Assembly (NCBI GenBank): GCA_028710605.1
Contig: JAQTTU010000008.1
Span: 92,409 to 156,408, forward strand
DNA: 64,000 nucleotides
Reading direction: 5' to 3'
Source: Sideroxydans sp.
GTDB taxonomy: Bacteria; Pseudomonadota; Gammaproteobacteria; Burkholderiales; Gallionellaceae
The notes beneath the pieces were generated by a model that saw only the letters and a program-made list of their open reading frames with translations, was not told the DNA's origin and did no database searches. Positions 8,632 to 19,285 of the stretch are shown here, piece by piece (within the stretch, counting starts at the first letter, position 1; the number at the start of each line of letters is the position of its first letter). The position numbers and the translations under genes are program-made.

Positions 8632-10107
8632 ATGAGTCGTGAAGTTCTGTTGTTGGTAGATGCCTTGGCGCGTGAGAAGAACGTGGATAAGGAGATCGTG
8701 TTCGGTGCGCTGGAATCGGCTTTGGCCTCGGCTACCAAGAAACGTTTCCCGGACGAAGAGGCGGATGTGCGCGTGAGCATCGACCGCCAGACCGGCGAGT
8801 ACGAATCGTTCCGCCGCTGGCAGGTGATGGACGATGAAACATTTGAAACGCCCGAATTGCATATCAAGCAAAGCGAAGCGGAAAAGCAGCATCCCGGCAT
8901 TCAACTGGAAGAGTTTATCGAAGAGCAGCTGGAGAACATCGACTTCGGTCGTATCGGCGCGCAAGCGGCGAAGCAAGTCATCTTCCAGAAGATTCGCGAC
9001 GCGGAGCGCGAGCAGATTCTGGCCGACTTCATGGAGCGCAACGAACATCTGGTGTCCGGCACGATCAAGCGTATCGAGCGCGGCAACGCCATCGTCGAGT
9101 TCGGCAAGATTGAAGCACTGCTGCCGCGCGACCAGATGATCCCGAAAGAAAATCTGCGCGTCGGCGACCGCGTGCGTTCTTATCTGTTGCGTGTTGATCG
9201 CACCGTGCGCGGCCCGCAGATCATTCTGTCGCGCATCACTTCGCAATTCCTGGTCAAGCTGTTTGAACTGGAAGTGCCGGAAATCGAAGAAGGTCTGCTG
9301 GAGATCGTCAGCGCGGCGCGCGATCCCGGTTCGCGCGCCAAGATCGCGGTGCGCAGCCACGACCAGCGCCTCGATCCCATCGGCACTTGCGTCGGTATGC
9401 GCGGTTCGCGCGTGCAGGCCGTGACCAACGAATTGGCGGGCGAACGTGTTGACATCATCCTGTGGTCGGAAGATGCCGCCACTTTTGTCATCAACGCTTT
9501 GGCTCCTGCGGAAGTCAGCAGCATCATGGTGGATGAAGACAAGCACAGCATGGATGTGGTGATTGAGGAAGAGAATCTGGCGCAAGCCATCGGGCGCGGC
9601 GGTCAGAACGTGCGTCTGGCGACCGAGTTGACCAACTGGGAAATCAATCTGATGACGGTTGAGCAAGCTGCCGAGAAGAACGAGCAGGAGTTCTCCAAGA
9701 TTCGCGACCTGTTTGTGAGCAAGCTGGATGTGGACGAGGAAGTCGCCGACATTCTGGTGCAGGAAGGTTTCAACACGCTGGAAGAAGTGGCCTACGTGCC
9801 GCTGGAAGAAATGCAGGCCATCGAATCTTTCGATGAAGCGACGGTGGAAGAGCTGCGCAGCCGCGCACGCAATGCGCTGCTGACCGCAGCCATCGCCAAT
9901 GAAGAACAGGTCGAGCACAACATCGAAGACCTGTTGAAGATCGACGGCATGGACGAGGAAACGGCGCGCACGCTGGCGGGCAAAGGTGTCGGCACGCAAG
10001 AGCAGCTGGCCGACCTGGATGGCGATGAGTTGATGGAAATGACCGGAATGGATGCCGAGCGCGCCAACCAGTTGATTATGACGGCGCGTGCGCCTTGGTT
10101 CGTTTGA
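8632..10107 (+). CDS. nusA: Transcription termination/antitermination factor NusA
   Basis: 491 aa with S1 and KH regions and C-terminal acidic repeats. Conserved position between rimP and infB. Confidence 0.95.
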   Translation: MSREVLLLVDALAREKNVDKEIVFGALESALASATKKRFPDEEADVRVSIDRQTGEYESFRRWQVMDDETFETPELHIKQSEAEKQHPGIQLEEFIEEQLENIDFGRIGAQAAKQVIFQKIRDAEREQILADFMERNEHLVSGTIKRIERGNAIVEFGKIEALLPRDQMIPKENLRVGDRVRSYLLRVDRTVRGPQIILSRITSQFLVKLFELEVPEIEEGLLEIVSAARDPGSRAKIAVRSHDQRLDPIGTCVGMRGSRVQAVTNELAGERVDIILWSEDAATFVINALAPAEVSSIMVDEDKHSMDVVIEEENLAQAIGRGGQNVRLATELTNWEINLMTVEQAAEKNEQEFSKIRDLFVSKLDVDEEVADILVQEGFNTLEEVAYVPLEEMQAIESFDEATVEELRSRARNALLTAAIANEEQVEHNIEDLLKIDGMDEETARTLAGKGVGTQEQLADLDGDELMEMTGMDAERANQLIMTARAPWFV

Positions 10108-10164
10108 ACCTGAAGCGCAGGCAGTAAGGGTTATCCGTAGTCTGGTATTGGTTAAGGGGTTGCA

Positions 10165-12804
10165 ATGGGAAAAATGAATGTCGCGCAATTTGCGAGTGAG
10201 CTGGGGCTTCAGGTCGAGCTGCTGTTGGAGCAGTTGAAATCGGCTGGCGTTGCCAAGCAGAAAGATACCGACTCCATCTCCGAACAGGACAAGTCGCAAC
10301 TGCTGGAACATCTGCGCAGCGCGCACGGTGGCGGCAAGAACAAGATCACGCTGGTGCGCCGCGAGACGACCGCGATCAAGAAAGCCGATAGTTCCGGCAA
10401 GTCGCGCACCATTCAAGTCGAAGTGCGCAAGAAACGCACGGTTGCCCCCGCCGCAGCGGCACAGCCTGCCGAAGTGGCGGCAGCGCCCGCTCCGGTAGCC
10501 GCGCCTGCACCTGTTGCGGAAGTTGTCGCGCCAGCCAAGCCCGCCAAGAAGGGCTTGAACGAGCAGGAGCAAAAAGCGCGCGAAGAAGAAGCGCGCCAAC
10601 AAGCCGAACTGGCGGCACGCCAGGCGGCGGATGCGCTGGCCAAACAAGAGCGCAACAAACGCAAAGCTGCGGCTGCCGAACCTGCCCCAGCGCCTGCCCC
10701 GGCAGCCGCGCCAATCGCTGCGCCAACTCCAGAACCTGTGGCAGAGGCCAAGTCCGCCGTTGCTGCGCCTGCCGCTGCGGCCGCACCGGAAGGCACATTG
10801 CACAAGCCGACGCTCAAGCCCGGCGACAAGGTCGCGCGTCCCGCCAAGAAGGTCGAGAAGCCCGCCGCCGCTGTCAAGGAAAGTCCGTGGGATGAGAAAG
10901 GACACAAAAAGCGTCCGCCTTCGCGCAGCACCGATACCCGTGCCGGGTTGGGCAGTCGCACCGGCGGCAGCGCGGTGCGCGCGCCGCGTCACGACAAGCA
11001 CAGCAAGCCGGAAGCGGCGCATGCGTTCTCGTTGCCGACCGAACCTATCGTGCAAGAGGTGATGGTTCCTGAAACCATCTCGGTTGCCGAGTTGGCGCAG
11101 AAGATGTCGATCAAGGCGGTGGAGATCATCAAGACCCTGATGAAGATGGGTTCCATGGTCACCATCAATCAGGTGCTGGATCAGGAAACCGCGATGATTC
11201 TGGTGGAAGAGTTGGGACACAAAGCCGTTCCGGCCAAGCCGGACGATCCCGATGCGTTCCTGATGGAAGCGGTCGATCATTCCGATGTGGTGATGGAATC
11301 GCGCGCGCCGGTGGTGACCGTGATGGGTCACGTTGACCACGGTAAGACATCCTTACTGGACTACATCCGCCGTACTCGTGTGGCGAGCGGCGAAGCAGGC
11401 GGAATCACGCAGCACATCGGTGCATATCACGTCGATACCCCGCGCGGCATGATTACTTTCCTCGACACGCCCGGCCACGAAGCGTTCACCGCGATGCGTG
11501 CTCGCGGCGCAAAAGCCACCGACATCGTGATTCTGGTGGTGGCGGCGGACGACGGTGTGATGCCGCAAACCAAAGAAGCGATTCACCATGCCAAAGCGGC
11601 GGGCGTGCCCATCGTGGTGGCGGTGACCAAGATCGATAAACCGGATGCCAATTCCGAGCGCGTGCGCCAGGAACTGGTGGCGGAAGGTGTGGTGCCTGAA
11701 GATTGGGGCGGCGACGCGATGTTTGTGGAAGTGTCCGCCAAGACCGGACAAGGCATAGACACTTTGCTGGAAGGCATTCTGTTGCAAGCCGAAGTGCTGG
11801 AATTGAAAGCACCGAAGAACACCAGCGCCAAAGGCGTGGTGGTCGAAGCGCGTCTGGACAAGGGTAAGGGCGCGGTAGCCACGCTGCTGGTGCAATCCGG
11901 TACGCTGAAACGCGGCGACGCGATTCTGGTCGGCTCCGTGTCTGGCCGTGTGCGCGCCATGCTGGATGAAAACGGCAAAGCCATCCACGAAGCCGGTCCT
12001 TCCATTCCGGTGGAGATTCAAGGTTTGTCCGAAGTGCCGGTGGCCGGTGCCGATTTCCTGGTGCTGGCCGACGAGAAGAAGGCGCGCGAAATCGCGCTGT
12101 TCCGCCAAGGCAAGTTCCGCGACGTGAAACTGGCCAAGCAGCAAGCCGCCAAGCTGGAGAATATGTTCGAGCAGATGGGCGAGGGCGAAGTGCGCACCTT
12201 GTCGCTGATCGTCAAAGCCGACGTGCAGGGCTCGCTCGAAGCTATCGCCAGTTCGTTGCAGAAGCTTTCCACGTCCGAGGTCAAGGTCAACCTCATCCAC
12301 AGCGCGGTGGGCGCGATCACCGAGTCGGATGTCAATCTGGCGCTGGCTTCCAAGGCGATCATCATCGGCTTCAACTCGCGTGCCGATGCCACGGCGCGCC
12401 GTCTGGCGGAATCGTCCGGCGTGGATATTCGCTACTACAACATCATCTACGCGATGGTCGATGAGATCAAAGCGGCGCTGTCCGGCATGCTGGCTCCCGA
12501 GAAGAAGGAAAGCATCATCGGCATGGTCGAGATTCGCCAGGTGTTCCACATTTCCAAGGTGGGCACGATTGCCGGATGTTATGTCACCGAGGGCTTGATC
12601 AAGCGCAGCTCCAGCGTGCGCGTGTTGCGCAACAACGTGGTGATCCATAGCGGCGAACTGGATTCGTTGAAGCGCTTCAAGGATGATGCGAAGGAAGTTA
12701 AATCCAACTTCGAGTGCGGCTTGTCTCTGAAGGGTTACAACGATCTGCAAGTCGGCGACTTCCTCGAAGTGTTCGAGATCGTCGAAGTGGCACGGGCGCT
12801 GTAA
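10165..12804 (+). CDS. infB: Translation initiation factor IF-2
   Basis: [20 protein letters not shown] and TKIDK GTPase motifs. Ala/Pro-rich N-terminal linker. Confidence 0.95.
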   Translation: MGKMNVAQFASELGLQVELLLEQLKSAGVAKQKDTDSISEQDKSQLLEHLRSAHGGGKNKITLVRRETTAIKKADSSGKSRTIQVEVRKKRTVAPAAAAQPAEVAAAPAPVAAPAPVAEVVAPAKPAKKGLNEQEQKAREEEARQQAELAARQAADALAKQERNKRKAAAAEPAPAPAPAAAPIAAPTPEPVAEAKSAVAAPAAAAAPEGTLHKPTLKPGDKVARPAKKVEKPAAAVKESPWDEKGHKKRPPSRSTDTRAGLGSRTGGSAVRAPRHDKHSKPEAAHAFSLPTEPIVQEVMVPETISVAELAQKMSIKAVEIIKTLMKMGSMVTINQVLDQETAMILVEELGHKAVPAKPDDPDAFLMEAVDHSDVVMESRAPVVTVMGHVDHGKTSLLDYIRRTRVASGEAGGITQHIGAYHVDTPRGMITFLDTPGHEAFTAMRARGAKATDIVILVVAADDGVMPQTKEAIHHAKAAGVPIVVAVTKIDKPDANSERVRQELVAEGVVPEDWGGDAMFVEVSAKTGQGIDTLLEGILLQAEVLELKAPKNTSAKGVVVEARLDKGKGAVATLLVQSGTLKRGDAILVGSVSGRVRAMLDENGKAIHEAGPSIPVEIQGLSEVPVAGADFLVLADEKKAREIALFRQGKFRDVKLAKQQAAKLENMFEQMGEGEVRTLSLIVKADVQGSLEAIASSLQKLSTSEVKVNLIHSAVGAITESDVNLALASKAIIIGFNSRADATARRLAESSGVDIRYYNIIYAMVDEIKAALSGMLAPEKKESIIGMVEIRQVFHISKVGTIAGCYVTEGLIKRSSSVRVLRNNVVIHSGELDSLKRFKDDAKEVKSNFECGLSLKGYNDLQVGDFLEVFEIVEVARAL

Positions 12805-13157
12805 TGGCCAAAGACTACGCACGCACGGATCGCATCGCCGAACAAATCCAGCGCGAATTGGCCCAGCTGATTCGCTTGGAGGTGAAAGATCCGCGCGTGC
12901 GCAAAGTTACGCTGACCGGCGTGGAAGTCACCAACGACCACGCCCACGCCAAAGTGTTTTACACCTCGCTGGACGGCAACAGCCCCGAGCTGTTGCAAGG
13001 CTTGGAGCGTGCCGCCGGATTCCTTCGCAGCCAGTTGGCGCACGCCATGAAGCTGCGCATCACACCGCAGTTGCATTTCCTCTACGATGCCTCGGTCGAA
13101 CGCGGCGCGCATCTTTCCCAGTTGATCGATCAAGCGGTTGCGAGTGACAAACGCTAA
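12804..13157 (+). CDS. rbfA: Ribosome-binding factor A
   Basis: [20 protein letters not shown].. The start overlaps the infB stop (TAATG). Confidence 0.9.
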   Translation: MAKDYARTDRIAEQIQRELAQLIRLEVKDPRVRKVTLTGVEVTNDHAHAKVFYTSLDGNSPELLQGLERAAGFLRSQLAHAMKLRITPQLHFLYDASVERGAHLSQLIDQAVASDKR

Positions 13158-13172
13158 AGACAAAACCTCTTG

Positions 13173-13289
13173 CCCGCAGATTACACAGATTACCCAGATT
13201 TAGAGTCGATAAACCTTCAATCAGTGAAGCTGAAATTTATTATGGGTTTTGTTTGTTTGAATCTGTTTAATCTGCGTAATCTGCGGGCA
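13173..13289. repeat. 9-mer-armed hairpin element (CGCAGATTA family)
   Basis: GCCCGCAGATTACACAGATTACCCAGATTT .. about 58 nt .. AATCTGTTTAATCTGCGTAATCTGCGGGC. Confidence 0.8.
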
Positions 13290-13320
13290 CAGGCTTTTGC
13301 CTGCTTGGGGGTATAACCCC

Positions 13321-14244
13321 ATGTCCCGTACCAAACGCCCGCTGGATGGCGTGCTGCTGTTCGATAAGCCGCTGGAACTCAGCTCCAACACCGCGCTGCA
13401 AAAAGTCCGCCGTCTGTTCAGTGCCGAAAAAGCCGGACACACCGGCACGCTAGATCCGCTCGCTACCGGCCTGCTGCCGGTCTGTTTCGGCGAAGCCACC
13501 AAATTCACCATTGCCTTACTCGATGCCGACAAACGTTATCGCGCCACGATACGTCTGGGACAACGCACGACCACCGGCGATGCCGAAGGCGAAGTCACCG
13601 AGACGCGCCCGGTGGATGTAAATGAAGCGCAAGTGCTGGCAGTGCTGCAAAAATTCATGGGCGAAACCCAGCAACTGCCGCCCATGCACAGCGCCATCAA
13701 ACACCAAGGAAAACCGCTGTACGAATACATCCGCAAAGGCGAAACAGTAGAGCGCGAACTGCGCACCGTGTTCATCCACGAGTTGAAGCTGGAACGCTTG
13801 CAGGAAAACGAACTGGAATTCAGCGTGCTGTGCAGCAAGGGCACTTATGTGCGCACCTTGGCGGAAGACATCAGCGAACAACTGGGTTGCGGCGGACATC
13901 TGATCGCGCTGCGCCGCACAGGAATCGGCGAGTTCAATCTGGACGATGCATACACTCTGCCGCATCTGGAAGCCATGGACGCAACGCAGCGCGATGCCTG
14001 CCTGCTGCCGCTGGATAGACTGGTGCAAAACCTGCCGCGTCTGGAACTGAATGCGGTGCAGGCCAACCGTCTGGCGCAAGGCCAACGGCTGGGACTGACC
14101 GATGCCTTCCCCGACGGCAAACGCAGGATGTATGCGGACGGTTGCTTCATCGGTCTCGGTGAATTGTCCGCTGGCAGACTGAGTCCCAGCCGCTTGCTGT
14201 CCGGAATCGCCAAAGCGGCGGCAGTGGTTTCTTCGCCCGAGTAA
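13321..14244 (+). CDS. truB: tRNA pseudouridine-55 synthase
   Basis: GVLLFDKP.., and GHTGTLDPLATGLLPVCFGEATK contains the catalytic Asp motif. Confidence 0.92.
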   Translation: MSRTKRPLDGVLLFDKPLELSSNTALQKVRRLFSAEKAGHTGTLDPLATGLLPVCFGEATKFTIALLDADKRYRATIRLGQRTTTGDAEGEVTETRPVDVNEAQVLAVLQKFMGETQQLPPMHSAIKHQGKPLYEYIRKGETVERELRTVFIHELKLERLQENELEFSVLCSKGTYVRTLAEDISEQLGCGGHLIALRRTGIGEFNLDDAYTLPHLEAMDATQRDACLLPLDRLVQNLPRLELNAVQANRLAQGQRLGLTDAFPDGKRRMYADGCFIGLGELSAGRLSPSRLLSGIAKAAAVVSSPE

Positions 14245-14281
14245 TTCGCAGCATCCAATCTGTAAAACGCAGTCGAGGGGG

Positions 14282-14305
14282 TTGTAGGTGCGAATTCATT
14301 CGCAC
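14282..14305 (+). repeat. REP, TGTAGG-hairpin family (single)
   Basis: TTGTAGGTGCGAATTCATTCGCAC. Confidence 0.7.
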
Positions 14306-14410
14306 GTTTAGGGCATCTCTAATAATTCAAATTCCGTCATTCCGGCATCTTCAACTGCGTTTCTTAGGTTCAAAAATGCAGCGAGTGAGTTTTCGTTTGA
14401 CCAACCTCAC

Positions 14411-14470
14411 GGGAACGCCCGTCAATAGGCGATCTACAGCATGCGATTGATGAAGATTTCCGTATTTGTT
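14411..14470 (-). repeat. GTAG-65 dispersed repeat, copy 2 (inverted)
   Basis: The reverse complement reads AACAAATACGGAAATCTTCATCAATCGCATGCTGTAGATCGCCTATTGACGGGCGTTCCC. It lies 85 nt upstream of the RAYT gene. Confidence 0.85.
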
Positions 14471-14554
14471 GGCTTGCGGGCGAATCGGGTTTGTCGGCGC
14501 TGGTGAGCGGAGGCATATCTAACCTCAGCACATTTTCTGCTACAGTTTCACCCC

Positions 14555-15424
14555 ATGGCGCGACCACTCCGAATCGAACTATCCGGCGGCATCTACCACG
14601 TGACCTCGCGCGGCGACGGGCGCGAGGATATTTTTCTGGATGACCGAGATCGGGTGCAATGGCTGGAAGTGCTCGGACAAGTCTGCGAGAGGTTTAACTG
14701 GGTATGCCACGCCTGGTGCCAGATGACCAACCATTACCACCTGCTGATCGAAACCCCGGAAGCCAATCTCGCCCAAGGCATGCGCCAACTCAACGGCGTT
14801 TACACCCAACGCTTCAACCGCGACCACCAGCGCGTAGGCCACGTATTTCAAGGCCGCTACAAAGCCATCATCGTCGAACGCGACACCTACCTGATGGAAC
14901 TGGCACGCTATATCGTCCTGAACCCGCTACGCGCAAAAATGGTTAAGCGCCTCGAAGATTGGCGATGGAGCAGCTACCTCGCCACCTGCGCACAAGAACC
15001 GCAACCCAACTGGTTGCAGACCGACTGGATACTGGCGCAATTCGGAATTCGGCGTAGCAGCGCCATTGCCAAATACATCCAGTTCATCCACCAAGGCGCG
15101 CGCCTGCCCAGCGTGTGGGCGCAATTGCAAGGGCAGATATACCTCGGCTCGGAAACCTTCGTCAAAAACATGCAAGCGCAGATCGAAAAGAAAACCTCGC
15201 TGGACGAAATCCCGCGCGCGCAAAGACGCGCCATCACCCAACCGCTGGAAGAATTTGAAAAGCAATACGAACGCAACGAAGCCATGGCACAAGCCTACCT
15301 GAGCGGGCGACACACCATGGCTGCCATAGCCCAACATTTCGGCGTACATTACGCCACCGTGAGCAGAGCGGTTAACGCCAGCAAGTCAACGGAAAAACAA
15401 GGTGCGGACGATGCTAATACTTGA
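14555..15424 (+). CDS. REP-associated tyrosine transposase (RAYT; IS200/IS605-like Y1 HUH enzyme) with C-terminal DnaA-C-like HTH
   Basis: YHVTSRG, HUH motif NHYHLLIETP, catalytic-Tyr block RYIVLNPLRAKMV, WRWSSY, and C-terminal MAAIAQHFGVHYATVSRAV. Confidence 0.85.
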   Translation: MARPLRIELSGGIYHVTSRGDGREDIFLDDRDRVQWLEVLGQVCERFNWVCHAWCQMTNHYHLLIETPEANLAQGMRQLNGVYTQRFNRDHQRVGHVFQGRYKAIIVERDTYLMELARYIVLNPLRAKMVKRLEDWRWSSYLATCAQEPQPNWLQTDWILAQFGIRRSSAIAKYIQFIHQGARLPSVWAQLQGQIYLGSETFVKNMQAQIEKKTSLDEIPRAQRRAITQPLEEFEKQYERNEAMAQAYLSGRHTMAAIAQHFGVHYATVSRAVNASKSTEKQGADDANT

Positions 15425-15514
15425 TGCGCCACCAGAACCGCCAAGAAATGCACCAGTGATGATGGCGCAAGCGAAAGAATGCGCCGGATGGAAATGTCGT
15501 AATGCAAGACCTGA

Positions 15515-17611
15515 CCCCGTTGTTCCTACTCTCGTCTATATGAGCATCAAAAAATTGATGGATCCGCCACGGTTACGGTATTGCAGAACCCCAAGCACGG
15601 GGTAATACGTTTAGTAACAGAGGCCGACAGAGGCACTTTCTTTAGCAGTAAATCTGGCCCCATTAATCCAGCTTACGAGCCTTACGCTTACCTTCCGGAG
15701 CAAGGTTATCTGGGCAACGACAGCGCCACCTTCCTGGTAGATTTTGGCGGCAAGATAGTCAAAGTAGTTTATTACTTCAAGGTGGTCGATCACCCCGTTG
15801 GGAATGATGGTGACATGGAGATATGTAAGTCCGGTCCTTACTGGAAAATCTCCTCCACCCTAGCCCCCAACGGCACCAGCACCCTCACCTCCGTCGAATA
15901 CCAGCAGCTCACCCTTGACGCTGGCAACACCACGACAGATATTTCCACGTTGGCTTCAACACTCGACTCCAGCATCCTGAGCAGCCTCTCCGTTGACCCA
16001 ACCGCTGTCACTCTGAACATCGCCGACCTCCCCAACGCCGCAGTCGGCCAAACCACCGGCTCCACCATCACCCTCGACACCACCGCCTCCGGTTACGGCT
16101 GGTTCATCGACCCCACCCCCGCCGACAACAGCGAATACCTCCCCACCTCCAACCCCTTTGAGTGGGTAGCCAAAGCGGGCAGTGAGGCTGCGGGCAAAAT
16201 GGACATGCTCACCGTCCTCCTGCACGAATACGGCCATGCCCTAGGCATCAACCACAGCGCCGACCCGAACGACTACATGGGCGCAACGTTGACGGCGGGG
16301 GTGCGCAGGTTGCCGAGTGCGGAAGAGATGGTCTTGATGCAGGGGTTGGTGGCGCAGGCTAAAGACGGTTTGGTAGGGCGGGTTACACCCGCCGATGCCG
16401 CACAACAAACGGCGGGTGTGACCCGCCCTACGACCCCCGCCCCATTCCCCACCCTCCCGCTAGGCGGCATGAGCCTGGCTTTCGTCGGCCTGCTGCGCAG
16501 CAGCCGTTATGGCGGACTGAGCATCGCGCCGGATGGCAGCACGTTGGTTACACAATACGACTGGGCGGCTAATCCCGCCTTTGCCAGCCTCGACAATGTG
16601 GGTGGTTGGTCAACGGAAGATGGCGTGGACTTTGCGCCCGCAGACCCTTCGACAAGCTCAGTGCGAACGGCCTCTGCCACCCTGAACGAAATCTCCACCA
16701 GCCAAACCCGCTTGAGCCAAGTGTTCATGCTCAACACTAGCGACCGCTACCTGAGCTTCACTCTGAGCGGCACAGCGCTGGATAACCTCACTGGCGCACC
16801 GGACGATGCCTTTGAAGTCGCTTTGCTCGATGCCAACACCGGCCTCTCGTTGCTCGGCAGCAACGGCCTAACCCGCAGCGATGCCTTCCTCAACCTGCAA
16901 GCCGACGGCACGCAGAACGCCGCTGACTGCGTGACCTGCACCAACAATGCCGATGGCAGCCGCACCTACCGCGTTGACCTCACCGGCATTTCCGCAGGAA
17001 CCGTAGCCAACCTCAGCTTCGACCTCATCGGCTTCGGGCAAAACGGTAGCCACATCACCGTGCAGGATGTGCGCGTCAGCGGCCTGCCGCAATTGCACGA
17101 CGACAGCGCCACCCTCGCCGAAGATAACCAGCTGACCTTCGACCCCTTCGCCCAAGCCGACACCCAGCTCAAACCGCTGCTTGTTTCCCACATCGTTGAT
17201 GCTCCGACGCATGGTGCTGTTACGGTGAACGCGGACGGCAGTGTCAACTCCGCATCCGCTTAAGCGGATAGCGGATTGCCTACCTTTGGTACATTCGCTT
17301 ACACCCCAGACCTCAATTACTTCGGCAGCGACAGCTTCAGCTACCGCCTCTCCGACGGCCCGCTCGATTCCAACCTCGCCACCGTCAGCCTCACCGTCAC
17401 CCCGGTGAACGACGCGCCTGTAGTCGCCGACGTTGCTGCGATTACGGCAGAAGACACGCCGCTGGTGATTGCGCTGGGAGCGTATGCAAGCGATGTGGAC
17501 TCCACCGCGCTTGTTGTAACCATCGTCAACGCACCCATCCACGGCACGCTGCAAGCCAATGCACTGAGGATGAACTTGCTGGCAGTAGTGAATGCGAATT
17601 CATCGCACTAA
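15515..17611 (+). pseudogene. Remnant of a large secreted metzincin / cadherin-like repeat protein: 5'-truncated, one in-frame TAA, 3'-truncated
   Basis: Zinc motif HEYGHALGINH. Cadherin-like repeats (DSFSYRLSDGPLDSNLATVSLTVTPVNDAPV). No signal peptide or credible start. ORFs 15581-17263 and 17276-17611 share one frame separated by a TAA at 17261-17263. The reading frame ends inside a REP. Confidence 0.65.
17584..17608 (+). repeat. REP, GTAG-hairpin family (variant)
   Basis: GTAGTGAATGCGAATTCATCGCACT has the same hairpin core as 14282-14305. Confidence 0.55.
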
Positions 17612-17615
17612 TTCG

Positions 17616-17645
17616 TTGGCATCCGCCAAATTGTTCGGTTACAAT
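17616..17645 (+). promoter_or_regulatory. Candidate promoter for tRNA-Val
   Basis: TTGGCA, 18 nt, TACAAT, ending 15 nt before the tRNA 5' end. Confidence 0.55.
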
Positions 17646-17659
17646 GCGCGTCCTTTTAC

Positions 17660-17736
17660 AGGCGCGTAGCTCAGCTGGTTAGAGCACCACCTTGACATGG
17701 TGGGGGTCGTTGGTTCGAGTCCAATCGCGCCTACCA
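17660..17736 (+). tRNA. tRNA-Val (anticodon GAC)
   Basis: Acceptor AGGCGCG/CGCGCCT, U8, D-arm AGCTCAGCTGGTTAGAGC, anticodon arm CCACC-TTGACAT-GGTGG, T-arm GTTGGTTCGAGTCCAAT, encoded CCA. Confidence 0.93.
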
Positions 17737-17775
17737 ATTTCCCGGTAGCATCCCGAAGTTCTTCTGAAAAATGCC

Positions 17776-18330
17776 ATGTTCACATTGAGCCTGCATGGAG
17801 AAGAAAGCACCCAGGCTCAGCTCAAGCCTGGCTATTCCTACTGTTTGATCGTGCGTTCCGATGCTCAGCGCAAAGCGGTGTTGGATACGCTTGCCGCACT
17901 GCCGAACGTGGCGGTTGTCGCCAACAACGGCGGGCTCATCAGCAATCTGCGCGTGTGGGAAAACCTGGCCTTGCCGGTGCAATATCGCAATATTCAACTC
18001 GGCGGCAAATTCGAAGAGAACGTGGTAAATTTGCTGGAGAAGTGCGGAGTGCGCGACGAGCAGTCTTTTACCGCGCTGATGTTCAAGCTGCCCGATCAAT
18101 TGTCGTTGTATGAAAAGCGTTTGGTCGGTTTTGTGCGTGCGATGCTGATGATGCCGGAGGTGATGGTCTATGACTCTTTGCATGAAGGACTTTCGCCCAG
18201 GGAGATGGAAAAGACCGCCAGATTCGATCGCATTTTCCGTTTGTATTTTCCGTTCCGCACTTCGGTATTGTTGAGTTTCGACGAATATCGGGATCCGACC
18301 GAACCCCGACAAGTGGTTATCCAATTGTGA
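17776..18330 (+). CDS. Degenerate ABC nucleotide-binding-domain-like protein (MlaF-like fold, all catalytic motifs lost)
   Basis: 184 aa, collinear with MlaF as I recall it. Walker A GPSGIGKT is replaced by VRSDAQRKA, the Q-loop Q by N, signature LSGGM by LSLYE, Walker B-Glu FDEP by YDSL, and H-loop SHD by SFD. Confidence 0.6.
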   Translation: MFTLSLHGEESTQAQLKPGYSYCLIVRSDAQRKAVLDTLAALPNVAVVANNGGLISNLRVWENLALPVQYRNIQLGGKFEENVVNLLEKCGVRDEQSFTALMFKLPDQLSLYEKRLVGFVRAMLMMPEVMVYDSLHEGLSPREMEKTARFDRIFRLYFPFRTSVLLSFDEYRDPTEPRQVVIQL

Positions 18331-18331
18331 G

Positions 18332-19285
18332 ATGAAACTACCTAACTTCAATCTGACCATACTGAATACCGAACGCAAAACCACGCGCTTTATGTGGGTC
18401 GCGCTTCTGGTGCTGGTTGCGGTGTCGAGCATGATCGCGTTCAAGCAGGATTATTTTGTGCGCAATACCGCGATCTATTTCTTTGCGCCCAACGCGCAGG
18501 GAATCAGCAAGGGCATGGCTGTAAAATTCATCGGCTTCAAGGTGGGCAGCGTGCAGGAAATCAGCATGCAGTCCAACGCTTCGGTCAAGGTCAAGCTGTC
18601 GCTGGATAACGAGTACGTCCGCCTTATCGGGCAGGATGCCAAAGCGCGTTTGACCAAAGAGGCGCTGGTGGGCGAGGGCGTGGTCGAGATCATTCCCGGC
18701 GAGCAGCAGGTGCGGCAGGTGGTGGAGAACAGCGTGCTGGTGTTCGAGCGCGGCATAGATGCCGGAGCATTGGTGGAGCGGCTTACCGGGCAATTGCAAC
18801 CGATTCTGACCGATGTGAAACAAATCACTTCTTCGATCAATAATCCGCGCGGCGACGTGCAGCAGATTCTGAAAAATCTTACTCAAGTGACCGGCGGCTT
18901 GCGCGAGACGGTGGTGCAATTCAACGCGCTGGCGCAAAGCGGCAACCAGAAGCTGGATGGCGCATATGTGAAAGTGGATCGCGCGCTGGATCGCGTCAAT
19001 TCAAGTCTGGAAGCGGTGGACAAGGCGATTCCGAAATTGGTGGGCAAAGCGGATGCGACGATGGACAACGTGCAGTCGGTGGCTGTCGATATCAAACGCA
19101 TCACCAGCGAATCTTCCGAACAAATTCCTTCTCTGGTTCGCAATACCAACGCCCTTGTGCAGGATAGCCAGGAGACGCTGAAAGGCGTGCAGAAATCCTG
19201 GTTGCTGAACGATCTTTTCCCCAGGCCGGAAGAGACGGCGCTGCCGGTGGACGGCTATGTGACACCGCCGGTGGTCAAGCCGTGA
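18332..19285 (+). CDS. MCE-domain (MlaD-like) membrane protein with long helical C-terminal region
   Basis: N-terminal TM (FMWVALLVLVAVSSMIAF). MCE core ..GISKGMAVKFIGFKVGSVQEISM..VKVKLSLDNEY.. Confidence 0.8.
   Translation: MKLPNFNLTILNTERKTTRFMWVALLVLVAVSSMIAFKQDYFVRNTAIYFFAPNAQGISKGMAVKFIGFKVGSVQEISMQSNASVKVKLSLDNEYVRLIGQDAKARLTKEALVGEGVVEIIPGEQQVRQVVENSVLVFERGIDAGALVERLTGQLQPILTDVKQITSSINNPRGDVQQILKNLTQVTGGLRETVVQFNALAQSGNQKLDGAYVKVDRALDRVNSSLEAVDKAIPKLVGKADATMDNVQSVAVDIKRITSESSEQIPSLVRNTNALVQDSQETLKGVQKSWLLNDLFPRPEETALPVDGYVTPPVVKP

Noticed and set aside
8233-11340. 1035-aa ORF antisense to rimP-nusA-infB. Similar long antisense ORFs: 3558-5249(-), 6611-7663(-), 11353-12822(-), 28124-29209(-), 38595-40238(+), 53096-54196(-), 57530-58663(-), 58691-59659(-), 35549-36349(+).
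   Set aside because: These are shadow ORFs typical of GC-rich DNA. Their translations are Arg/His/Gly/Ala-rich low-complexity sequence with no recognisable motifs, and each lies opposite a strongly supported conserved gene.
14370-14567. 65-aa minus-strand ORF upstream of the RAYT gene.
   Set aside because: It consists largely of the translated GTAG-65 repeat copy, and there are no start signals.
17261-17263. The in-frame TAA in the metzincin/cadherin ORF considered as programmed readthrough or recoding.
   Set aside because: TAA is the least leaky stop. The gene also lacks both its 5' and 3' ends, and the stop sits in an inserted palindrome, so pseudogenisation is the simpler reading.
17660-17736. 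A classical integrase-borne genomic island at tRNA-Val or tRNA-Pro.
   Set aside because: No integrase/recombinase ORF and no direct repeat of a tRNA 3' end was found on either side of either tRNA within the window.
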